Below are positions 1-12,600 of a DNA stretch of 64,000 nucleotides, piece by piece. The notes under the pieces are model-generated. The model saw nothing but the letters and a program-made list of their open reading frames with translations, did no database searches and was not told the origin of the DNA. The stretch's first letter is position 1, and every line of letters starts with the position of its first letter. Both the position numbers and the translations under genes were made by a program. This DNA comes from Auanema rhodensis (Eukaryota > Animalia > Nematoda): positions 1 through 64,000 of the forward strand of contig CAXKVF010000093.1 of NCBI GenBank assembly GCA_964057225.1, read 5' to 3'.

Positions 1-11
1 ACCAAGTGCAC

Positions 12-19
12 ATCACGTG
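12..19 (+). promoter_or_regulatory. E-box/G-box ATCACGTG (fits RTCACRTG); a second E-box TCACGTGA lies at monomer 157-164
   Basis: Direct motif match in nearly every monomer. Protein binding is not demonstrated. Confidence 0.3.
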
Positions 20-154
20 TACATTTAATTAGCATAAATTAAAGTTCACGTAAATTTCAAAGTCATGGTTACCATGCACCAATATCAATAAAAATTTGTT
101 TTTAGACTAATATGGACATGGGGAATCTAATTTTGAAAACCGCATCTCTTTATC

Positions 155-171
155 TTTCACGTGAAGCGAGT
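155..171 (+). other. CENP-B-box-like 17-mer containing the perfect palindrome TTCACGTGAA (first copy shown; present in nearly every monomer)
   Basis: TTTCACGTGAAGCGAGT matches YTTCGTTGGAARCGGGA at 11/17 positions and at 7 of the 9 core bases. Function is unproven. Confidence 0.35.
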
Positions 172-2815
172 TACATACCAAGTGCACATCACGTGTACAT
201 TTAATTAGCATAAATTAAAGTTCACGTAAATTTCAAAGTCATGGTTACCATGCACCAATATCAATAAAAATTTGTTTTTAGACTAATATGGACATGGGGA
301 ATCTAATTTTGAAAACCGCATCTCTTTATCTTTCACGTGAAGCGAGTTACATACCAAGTGCACATCACGTGTACATTTAATTAGCATAAATTAAAGTTCA
401 CGTAAATTTCAAAGTCATGGTTACCATGCACCAATATCAATAAAAATTTGTTTTTAGACTAATATGGACATGGGGAATCTAATTTTGAAAACCGCATCTC
501 TTTATCTTTCACGTGAAGCGAGTTACATACCAAGTGCACATCACGTGTACATTTAATTAGCATAAATTAAAGTTCACGTAAATTTCAAAGTCATGGTTAC
601 CATGCACCAATATCAATAAAAATTTGTTTTTAGACTAATATGGACATGGGGAATCTAATTTTGAAAACCGCATCTCTTTATCTTTCACGTGAAGCGAGTT
701 ACATACCAAGTGCACATCACGTGTACATTTAATTAGCATAAATTAAAGTTCACGTAAATTTCAAAGTCATGGTTACCATGAACCAATATCAATAAAAATT
801 TGTTTTTAGACTAATATGGACATGGGGAATCTAATTTTGAAAACCGCATCTCTTTATCTTTCACGTGAAGCGAGTTACATACCAAGTGCACATCACGTGT
901 ACATTTAATTAGCATAAATTAAAGTTCACGTAAATTTCAAAGTCATGGTTACCATGCACCAATATCAATAAAAATTTGTTTTTAGACTAATATGGACATG
1001 GGGAATCTAATTTTGAAAACCGCATCTCTTTATCTTTCACGTGAAGCGAGTTACATACCAAGTGCACATCACGTGTACATTTAATTAGCATAAATTAAAG
1101 TTCACGTAAATTTCAAAGTCATGGTTACCATGCACCAATATCAATAAAAATTTGTTTTTAGACTAATATGGACATGGGGAATCTAATTTTGAAAACCGCA
1201 TCTCTTTATCTTTCACGTGAAGCGAGTTACATACCAAGTGCACATCACGTGTACATTTAATTAGCATAAATTAAAGTTCACGTAAATTTCAAAGTCATGG
1301 TTACCATGAACCAATATCAATAAAAATTTGTTTTTAGACTAATATGGACATGGGGAATCTAATTTTGAAAACCGCATCTCTTTATCTTTCACGTGAAGCG
1401 AGTTACATACCAAGTGCACATCACGTGTACATTTAATTAGCATAAATTAAAGTTCACGTAAATTTCAAAGTCATGGTTACCATGCACCAATATCAATAAA
1501 AATTTGTTTTTAGACTAATATGGACATGGGGAATCTAATTTTAAAAACCGCATCTCTTCATCTTTCACGTGAAGCGAGTTACATACCAAGTGCACATCAC
1601 GTGTACATTTAATTAGCATAAATTAAAGTTCACGTAAATTTCAAAGTCATGGTTACCATGCACCAATATCAATAAAAATTTGTTTTTCGACTAATATGGA
1701 CATGGGGAATCTAATTTTGAAAACCGCATCTCTTTATCTTTCACGTGAAGCGAGTTACATACCAAGTGCACATCACGTGTACATTTAATTAGCATAAATT
1801 AAAGTTCACGTAAATTTCAAAGTCATGGTTACCATGCACCAATATCAATAAAAATTTGTTTTTAGACTAATATGGACATGGGGAATCTAATTTTGAAAAC
1901 CGCATCTTTTATCTTTCACGTGAAGCGAGTTACATACCAAGTGCACATCACGTGTACATTTAATTAGCATAAATTAAAGTTCACGTAAATTTCAAAGTCA
2001 TGGTTACCATGCACCAATATCAATAAAAATTTGTTTTTAGACTAATATGGACATGGGGAATCTAATTTTGAAAACCGCATCTCTTTATCTTTCACGTGAA
2101 GCGAGTTACATACCAAGTGCACATCACGTGTACATTTAATTAGCATAAATTAAAGTTCACGTAAATTTCAAAGTCATGGTTACCATGCACCAATATCAAT
2201 AAAAATTTGTTTTTAGACTAATATGGACATGGGGAATCTAATTTTGAAAACCGCATCTTTTTATCTTTCACGTGAAGCGAGTTACATACCAAGTGCACAT
2301 CACGTGTACATTTAATTAGCATAAATTAAAGTTCACGTAAATTTCAAAGTCATGGTTACCATGCACCAATATCAATAAAAATTTGTTTTTAGACTAATAT
2401 GGACATGGGGAATCTAATTTTGAAAACCGCATCTCTTTATCTTTCACGTGAAGCGAGTTACATACCAAGTGCACATCACGTGTACATTTAATTAGCATAA
2501 ATTAAAGTTCACGTAAATTTCAAAGTCATGGTTACCATGAACCAATATCAATAAAAATTTGTTTTAAGACTAATATGGACATGGGGAATCTAATTTTGAA
2601 AACCGCATCTCTTTATCTTTCACGTGAAGCGAGTTACATACCAAGTGCACATCACGTGTACATTTAATTAGCATAAATTAAAGTTCACGTAAATTTCAAA
2701 GTCATGGTTACCATGCACCAATATCAATAAAAATTTGTTTTTAGACTAATATGGACATAGGGAATCTAATTTTGAAAACCGCATCTCTTTATCTTTCACG
2801 TGAAGCGAGTTACAT

Positions 2816-5631
2816 ACCAAGTGCACATCACGTGTACATTTAATTAGCATAAATTAAAGTTCACGTAAATTTCAAAGTCATGGTTACCATGAACCAATAT
2901 CAATAAAAATTTGTTTTTAGACTAATATGGACATGGGGAATCTAATTTTGAAAACCGCATCTCTTTATCTTTCACGTGAAGCGAGTTACATACCAAGTGC
3001 ACATCACGTGTACATTTAATTAGCATAAATTAAAGTTCACGTAAATTTCAAAGTCATGGTTACCATGAACCAATATCAATAAAAATTTGTTTTTAGACTA
3101 ATATGGACATGGGGAATCTAATTTTGAAAACCGCATCTCTTTATCTTTCACGTGAAGCGAGTTACATACCAAGTGCCCATCACGTGTACATTTAATTAGC
3201 ATAAATTAAAGTTCACGTAAATTTCAAAGTCATGGTTACCATGCACCAATATCAATAAAAATTTGTTTTTAGACTAATATGGACATGGGGAATCTAATTT
3301 TGAAAACCGCATCTCGTTATCTTTCACGTGAAGCGAGTTACATACCAAGTGCACATCACGTGTACATTTAATTAGCATAAATTAAAGTTCACGTAAATTT
3401 CAAAGTCATGGTTACCATGCACCAATATCAATAAAAATTTGTTTTTAGACTAATATGGACATGGGGAATCTAATTTTGAAAACCGCATCTCTTTATCTTT
3501 CACGTGAAGCGAGTTACATACCAAGTGCACATCACGTGTACATTTAATTAGCATAAATTAAAGTTCACGTAAATTTCAAAGTCATGGTTACCATGCACCA
3601 ATATCAATAAAAATTTGTTTTTAGACTAATATGGACATGGGGAATCTAATTTTGAAAACCGCATCTCTTTATCTTTCACGTGAAGCGAGTTACATACCAA
3701 GTGCACATCACGTGTACATTTAATTAGCATAAATTAAAGTTCACGTAAATTTCAAAGTCATGGTTACCATGAACCAATATCAATAAAAATTTGTTTTTAG
3801 ACTAATATGGACATGGGGAATCTAATTTTGAAAACCGCATCTCTTTATCTTTCACGTGAAGCGAGTTACATACCAAGTGCACATCACGTGTACATTTAAT
3901 TAGCATAAATTAAAGTTCACGTAAATTTCAAAGTCATGGTTACCATGAACCAATATCAATAAAAATTTGTTTTTAGACTAATATGGACATGGGGAATCTA
4001 ATTTTGAAAACCGCATCTCTTTATCTTTCACGTGAAGCGAGTTACATACCAAGTGCCCATCACGTGTACATTTAATTAGCATAAATTAAAGTTCACGTAA
4101 ATTTCAAAGTCATGGTTACCATGCACCAATATCAATAAAAATTTGTTTTTAGACTAATATGGACATGGGGAATCTAATTTTGAAAACCGCATCTCCTTAT
4201 CTTTCACGTGAAGCGAGTTACATACCAAGTGCACATCACGTGTACATTTAATTAGCATAAATTAAAGTTCACGTAAATTTCAAAGTCATGGTTACCATGA
4301 ACCAATATCAATAAAAATTTGTTTTTAGACTAATATGGACATGGGGAATCTAATTTTGAAAACCGCATCTCTTTATCTTTCACGTGAAGCGAGTTACATA
4401 CCAAGTGCACATCACGTGTACATTTAATTAGCATAAATTAAAGTTCACGTAAATTTCAAAGTCATGGTTACCATGAACCAATATCAATAAAAATTTGTTT
4501 TTAGACTAATATGGACATGGGGAATCTAATTTTGAAAACCGCATCTCTTTATCTTTCACGTGAAGCGAGTTACATACCAAGTGCCCATCACGTGTACATT
4601 TAATTAGCATAAATTAAAGTTCACGTAAATTTCAAAGTCATGGTTACCATGCACCAATATCAATAAAAATTTGTTTTTAGACTAATATGGACATGGGGAA
4701 TCTAATTTTGAAAACCGCATCTCGTTATCTTTCACGTGAAGCGAGTTACATACCAAGTGCACATCACGTGTACATTTAATTAGCATAAATTAAAGTTCAC
4801 GTAAATTTCAAAGTCATGGTTACCATGCACCAATATCAATAAAAATTTGTTTTTAGACTAATATGGACATGGGGAATCTAATTTTGAAAACCGCATCTCT
4901 TTATCTTTCACGTGAAGCGAGTTACATACCAAGTGCACATCACGTGTACATTTAATTAGCATAAATTAAAGTTCACGTAAATTTCAAAGTCATGGTTACC
5001 ATGCACCAATATCAATAAAAATTTGTTTTTAGACTAATATGGACATGGGGAATCTAATTTTGAAAACCGCATCTCTTTATCTTTCACTTGAAGCGAGTTA
5101 CATACCAAGTGCACATCACGTGTACATTTAATTAGCATAAATTAAAGTTCACGTAAATTTCAAAGTCATGGTTACCATGAACCAATATCAATAAAAATTT
5201 GTTTTTAGACTAATATGGACATGGGGAATCTAATTTTGAAAACCGCATCTCTTTATCTTTCACGTGAAGCGAGTTACATACCAAGTGCACATCACGTGTA
5301 CATTTAATTAGCATAAATTAAAGTTCACGTAAATTTCAAAGTCATGGTTACCATGAACCAATATCAATAAAAATTTGTTTTTAGACTAATATGGACATGG
5401 GGAATCTAATTTTGAAAACCGCATCTCTTTATCTTTCACGTGAAGCGAGTTACATACCAAGTGCCCATCACGTGTACATTTAATTAGCATAAATTAAAGT
5501 TCACGTAAATTTCAAAGTCATGGTTACCATGCACCAATATCAATAAAAATTTGTTTTTAGACTAATATGGACATGGGGAATCTAATTTTGAAAACCGCAT
5601 CTCCTTATCTTTCACGTGAAGCGAGTTACAT
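2816..5631 (+). repeat. Local higher-order repeat: 8-mer (1408 bp) x2
   Basis: Rare t149g (CTCGTTATC) at 3316 and 4724; a10c (GTGCCC) at 3177/4585 and 4057/5465; the c77a pattern repeats with the same 1408-bp offset. Confidence 0.9.
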
Positions 5632-6863
5632 ACCAAGTGCACATCACGTGTACATTTAATTAGCATAAATTAAAGTTCACGTAAATTTCAAAGTCATGGT
5701 TACCATGCACCAATATCAATAAAAATTTGTTTTTAGACTAATATGGACATGGGGAATCTAATTTTGAAAACCGCATCTCTTTATCTTTCACGTGAAGCGA
5801 GTTACATACCAAGTGCACATCACGTGTACATTTAATTAGCATAAATTAAAGTTCACGTAAATTTCAAAGTCATGGTTACCATGAACCAATATCAATAAAA
5901 ATTTGTTTTTAGACTAATATGGACATGGGGAATCTAATTTTGAAAACCGCATCTCTTTATCTTTCACGTGAAGCGAGTTACATACCAAGTGCACATCACG
6001 TGTACATTTAATTAGCATAAATTAAAGTTCACGTAAATTTCAAAGTCATGGTTACCATGAACCAATATCAATAAAAATTTGTTTTTAGACTAATATGGAC
6101 ATGGGGAATCTAATTTTGAAAACCGCATCTCTTTATCTTTCACGTGAAGCGAGTTACATACCAAGTGCCCATCACGTGTACATTTAATTAGCATAAATTA
6201 AAGTTCACGTAAATTTCAAAGTCATGGTTACCATGAACCAATATCAATAAAAATTTGTTTTTAGACTAATATGGACATGGGGAATCTAATTTTGAAAACC
6301 GCATCTCTTTATCTTTCACGTGAAGCGAGTTACATACCAAGTGCCCATCACGTGTACATTTAATTAGCATAAATTAAAGTTCACGTAAATTTCAAAGTCA
6401 TGGTTACCATGCACCAATATCAATAAAAATTTGTTTTTAGACTAATATGGACATGGGGAATCTAATTTTGAAAACCGCATCTCCTTATCTTTCACGTGAA
6501 GCGAGTTACATACCAAGTGCACATCACGTGTACATTTAATTAGCATAAATTAAAGTTCACGTAAATTTCAAAGTCATGGTTACCATGCACCAATATCAAT
6601 AAAAATTTGTTTTTAGACTAATATGGACATGGGGAATCTAATTTTGAAAACCGCATCTCTTTATCTTTCACGTGAAGCGAGTTACATACCAAGTGCACAT
6701 CACGTGTACATTTAATTAGCATAAATTAAAGTTCACGTAAATTTCAAAGTCATGGTTACCATGAACCAATATCAATAAAAATTTGTTTTTAGACTAATAT
6801 GGACATGGGGAATCTAATTTTGAAAACCGCATCTCTTTATCTTTCACGTGAAGCGAGTTACAT

Positions 6864-9679
6864 ACCAAGTGCACATCACGTGTACATTTAATTAGCATAA
6901 ATTAAAGTTCACGTAAATTTCAAAGTCATGGTTACCATGAACCAATATCAATAAAAATTTGTTTTTAGACTAATATGGACATGGGGAATCTAATTTTGAA
7001 AACCGCATCTCTTTATCTTTCACGTGAAGCGAGTTACATACCAAGTGCCCATCACGTGTACATTTAATTAGCATAAATTAAAGTTCACGTAAATTTCAAA
7101 GTCATGGTTACCATGCACCAATATCAATAAAAATTTGTTTTTAGACTAATATGGACATGGGGAATCTAATTTTGAAAACCGCATCTCCTTATCTTTCACG
7201 TGAAGCGAGTTACATACCAAGTGCACATCACGTGTACATTTAATTAGCATAAATTAAAGTTCACGTAAATTTCAAAGTCATGGTTACCATGCACCAATAT
7301 CAATAAAAATTTGTTTTTAGACTAATATGGACATGGGGAATCTAATTTTGAAAACCGCATCTCTTCATCTTTCACGTGAAGCGAGTTACATACCAAGTGC
7401 ACATCACGTGTACATTTAATTAGCATAAATTAAAGTTCACGTAAATTTCAAAGTCATGGTTACCATGCACCAATATCAATAAAAATTTGTTTTTAGACTA
7501 ATATGGACATGGGGAATCTAATTTTGAAAACCGCATCTCTTTATCTTTCACGTGAAGCGAGTTACATACCAAGTGCACATCACGTGTACATTTAATTAGC
7601 ATAAATTAAAGTTCACGTAAATTTCAAAGTCATGGTTACCATGCACCAATATCAATAAAAATTTGTTTTTAGACTAATATGGACATGGGGAATCTAATTT
7701 TGAAAACCGCATCTCTTTATCTTTCACGTGAAGCGAGTTACATACCAAGTGCACATCACGTGTACATTTAATTAGCATAAATTAAAGTTCACGTAAATTT
7801 CAAAGTCATGGTTACCATGCACCAATGTCAATAAAAATTTGTTTTTAGACTAATATGGACATGGGGAATCTAATTTTGAAAACCGCATCTCTTCATCTTT
7901 CACGTGAAGCGAGTTACATACCAAGTGCACATCACGTGTACATTTAATTAGCATAAATTAAAGTTCACGTAAATTTCAAAGTCATGGTTACCATGCACCA
8001 ATGTCAATAAAAATTTGTTTTTAGACTAATATGGACATGGGGAATCTAATTTTGAAAACCGCATCTCTTCATCTTTCACGTGAAGCGAGTTACATACCAA
8101 GTGCACATCACGTGTACATTTAATTAGCATAAATTAAAGTTCACGTAAATTTCAAAGTCATGGTTACCATGCACCAATATCAATAAAAATTTGTTTTTAG
8201 ACTAATATGGACATGGGGAATCTAATTTTGAAAACCGCATCTCTTCATCTTTCACGTGAAGCGAGTTACATACCAAGTGCACATCACGTGTACATTTAAT
8301 TAGCATAAATTAAAGTTCACGTAAATTTCAAAGTCATGGTTACCATGAACCAATATCAATAAAAATTTGTTTTTAGACTAATATGGACATGGGGAATCTA
8401 ATTTTGAAAACCGCATCTCTTTATCTTTCACGTGAAGCGAGTTACATACCAAGTGCCCATCACGTGTACATTTAATTAGCATAAATTAAAGTTCACGTAA
8501 ATTTCAAAGTCATGGTTACCATGCACCAATATCAATAAAAATTTGTTTTTAGACTAATATGGACATGGGGAATCTAATTTTGAAAACCGCATCTCCTTAT
8601 CTTTCACGTGAAGCGAGTTACATACCAAGTGCACATCACGTGTACATTTAATTAGCATAAATTAAAGTTCACGTAAATTTCAAAGTCATGGTTACCATGC
8701 ACCAATATCAATAAAAATTTGTTTTTAGACTAATATGGACATGGGGAATCTAATTTTAAAAACCGCATCTCTTCATCTTTCACGTGAAGCGAGTTACATA
8801 CCAAGTGCACATCACGTGTACATTTAATTAGCATAAATTAAAGTTCACGTAAATTTCAAAGTCATGGTTACCATGCACCAATATCAATAAAAATTTGTTT
8901 TTAGACTAATATGGACATGGGGAATCTAATTTTGAAAACCGCATCTCTTTATCTTTCACGTGAAGCGAGTTACATACCAAGTGCACATCACGTGTACATT
9001 TAATTAGCATAAATTAAAGTTCACGTAAATTTCAAAGTCATGGTTACCATGCACCAATATCAATAAAAATTTGTTTTTAGACTAATATGGACATGGGGAA
9101 TCTAATTTTGAAAACCGCATCTCTTTATCTTTCACGTGAAGCGAGTTACATACCAAGTGCACATCACGTGTACATTTAATTAGCATAAATTAAAGTTCAC
9201 GTAAATTTCAAAGTCATGGTTACCATGCACCAATGTCAATAAAAATTTGTTTTTAGACTAATATGGACATGGGGAATCTAATTTTGAAAACCGCATCTCT
9301 TCATCTTTCACGTGAAGCGAGTTACATACCAAGTGCACATCACGTGTACATTTAATTAGCATAAATTAAAGTTCACGTAAATTTCAAAGTCATGGTTACC
9401 ATGCACCAATGTCAATAAAAATTTGTTTTTAGACTAATATGGACATGGGGAATCTAATTTTGAAAACCGCATCTCTTCATCTTTCACGTGAAGCGAGTTA
9501 CATACCAAGTGCACATCACGTGTACATTTAATTAGCATAAATTAAAGTTCACGTAAATTTCAAAGTCATGGTTACCATGCACCAATATCAATAAAAATTT
9601 GTTTTTAGACTAATATGGACATGGGGAATCTAATTTTGAAAACCGCATCTCTTCATCTTTCACGTGAAGCGAGTTACAT
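6864..9679 (+). repeat. Second local 8-mer HOR (1408 bp) x2 with a different variant order
   Basis: a10c at 7049/8457; a84g pairs at 7827+8003 and 9235+9411; t151c pattern matches at offset 1408. Confidence 0.88.
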
Positions 9680-12600
9680 ACCAAGTGCACATCACGTGTA
9701 CATTTAATTAGCATAAATTAAAGTTCACGTAAATTTCAAAGTCATGGTTACCATGCACCAATATCAATAAAAATTTGTTTTTAGACTAATATGGACATGG
9801 GGAATCTAATTTTGAAAACCGCATCTCTTTATCTTTCACGTGAAGCGAGTTACATACCAAGTGCACATCACGTGTACATTTAATTAGCATAAATTAAAGT
9901 TCACGTAAATTTCAAAGTCATGGTTACCATGCACCAATGTCAATAAAAATTTGTTTTTAGACTAATATGGACATGGGGAATCTAATTTTGAAAACCGCAT
10001 CTCTTCATCTTTCACGTGAAGCGAGTTACATTCCAAGTGCACATCACGTGTACATTTAATTAGCATAAATTAAAGTTCACGTAAATTTCAAAGTCATGGT
10101 TACCATGCACCAATATCAATAAAAATTTGTTTTTAGACTAATATGGACATGGGGAATCTAATTTTGAAAACCGCATCTCTTTATCTTTCACGTGAAGCGA
10201 GTTACATACCAAGTGCACATCACGTGTACATTTAATTAGCATAAATTAAAGTTCACGTAAATTTCAAAGTCATGGTTACCATGAACCAATATCAATAAAA
10301 ATTTGTTTTTAGACTAATATGGACATGGGGAATCTAATTTTGAAAACCGCATCTCTTTATCTTTCACGTGAAGCGAGTTACATACCAAGTGCCCATCACG
10401 TGTACATTTAATTAGCATAAATTAAAGTTCACGTAAATTTCAAAGTCATGGTTACCATGCACCAATATCAATAAAAATTTGTTTTTAGACTAATATGGAC
10501 ATGGGGAATCTAATTTTGAAAACCGCATCTCTTCATCTTTCACGTGAAGCGAGTTACATACCAAGTGCACATCACGTGTACATTTAATTAGCATAAATTA
10601 AAGTTCACGTAAATTTCAAAGTCATGGTTACCATGCACCAATATCAATAAAAATTTGTTTTTAGACTAATATGGACATGGGGAATCTAATTTTGAAAACC
10701 GCATCTCTTTATCTTTCACGTGAAGCGAGTTACATACCAAGTGCACATCACGTGTACATTTAATTAGCATAAATTAAAGTTCACGTAAATTTCAAAGTCA
10801 TGGTTACCATGCACCAATGTCAATAAAAATTTGTTTTTAGACTAATATGGACATGGGGAATCTAATTTTGAAAACCGCATCTCTTCATCTTTCACGTGAA
10901 GCGAGTTACATTCCAAGTGCACATCACGTGTACATTTAATTAGCATAAATTAAAGTTCACGTAAATTTCAAAGTCATGGTTACCATGCACCAATATCAAT
11001 AAAAATTTGTTTTTAGACTAATATGGACATGGGGAATCTAATTTTGAAAACCGCATCTCTTTATCTTTCACGTGAAGCGAGTTACATACCAAGTGCACAT
11101 CACGTGTACATTTAATTAGCATAAATTAAAGTTCACGTAAATTTCAAAGTCATGGTTACCATGAACCAATATCAATAAAAATTTGTTTTTAGACTAATAT
11201 GGACATGGGGAATCTAATTTTGAAAACCGCATCTCTTTATCTTTCACGTGAAGCGAGTTACATACCAAGTGCCCATCACGTGTACATTTAATTAGCATAA
11301 ATTAAAGTTCACGTAAATTTCAAAGTCATGGTTACCATGCACCAATATCAATAAAAATTTGTTTTTAGACTAATATGGACATGGGGAATCTAATTTTGAA
11401 AACCGCATCTCCTTATCTTTCACGTGAAGCGAGTTACATACCAAGTGCACATCACGTGTACATTTAATTAGCATAAATTAAAGTTCACGTAAATTTCAAA
11501 GTCATGGTTACCATGAAGCAATATCAAGAAAAATTTGTTTTTAGACTAATATGGACATGGGGAATCTAATTTTGAAAACCGCATCTCTTTATCTTTCACG
11601 TGAAGCGAGTTACATACCAAGTGCACATCACGTGTACATTTAATTAGCATAAATTAAAGTTCACGTAAATTTCAAAGTCATGGTTACCATGCACCAATAT
11701 CAATAAAAATTTGTTTTTAGACTAATATGGACATGGGGAATCTAATTTTGAAAACCGCATCTCTTTATCTTTCACGTGAAGCGAGTTACATACCAAGTGC
11801 ACATCACGTGTACATTTAATTAGCATAAATTAAAGTTCACGTAAATTTCAAAGTCATGGTTACCATGCACCAATATCAATAAAAATTTGTTTTTAGACTA
11901 ATATGGACATGGGGAATCTAATTTTGAAAACCGCATCTCTTTATCTTTCACGTGAAGCGAGTTACATACCAAGTGCACATCACGTGTACATTTAATTAGC
12001 ATAAATTAAAGTTCACGTAAATTTCAAAGTCATGGTTACCATGAACAAATATCGATAAAAATTTGTTTTTAGACTAATATGGACATGGGGAATCTAATTT
12101 TGAAAACCGCATCTCTTTATCTTTCACGTGAAGCGAGTTACATACCAAGTGCACATCACGTGTACATTTAATTAGCATAAATTAAAGTTCACGTAAATTT
12201 CAAAGTCATGGTTACCATGAACAAATATCGATAAAAATTTGTTTTTAGACTAATATGGACATGGGGAATCTAATTTTGAAAACCGCATCTCTTTATCTTT
12301 CACGTGAAGCGAGTTACATACCAAGTGCACATCACGTGTACATTTAATTAGCATAAATTAAAGTTCACGTAAATTTCAAAGTCATGGTTACCATGCACCA
12401 ATATCAATAAAAATTTGTTTTTAGACTAATATGGACATGGGGAATCTAATTTTGAAAACCGCATCTCTTTATCTTTCACGTGAAGCGAGTTACATACCAA
12501 GTGCCCATCACGTGTACATTTAATTAGCATAAATTAAAGTTCACGTAAATTTCAAAGTCATGGTTACCATGCACCAATATCAATAAAAATTTGTTTTTAG

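Noticed and set aside
87-92. AATAAA polyadenylation signal in each monomer
   Set aside because: Expected by chance in 68% AT sequence, with no gene context.
155-171. Canonical functional CENP-B box
   Set aside because: Two of the nine essential bases differ (TTCA instead of TTCG, CGAG instead of CGGG); it is reported only as box-like.
1-176. Assignment to a named satellite (alpha satellite, CEN178, CentBr, honey-bee AluI)
   Set aside because: Only the length is similar. The sequence does not match those I can recall, and the consensus lacks AAGCTT and AGCT sites.
12-176. Yeast-type point centromere (CDEI-CDEII-CDEIII)
   Set aside because: The CDEI-like octamer is present, but the following DNA is far below the >90% AT of CDEII, there is no CCGAA CDEIII core, and point centromeres are not tandemly repeated.
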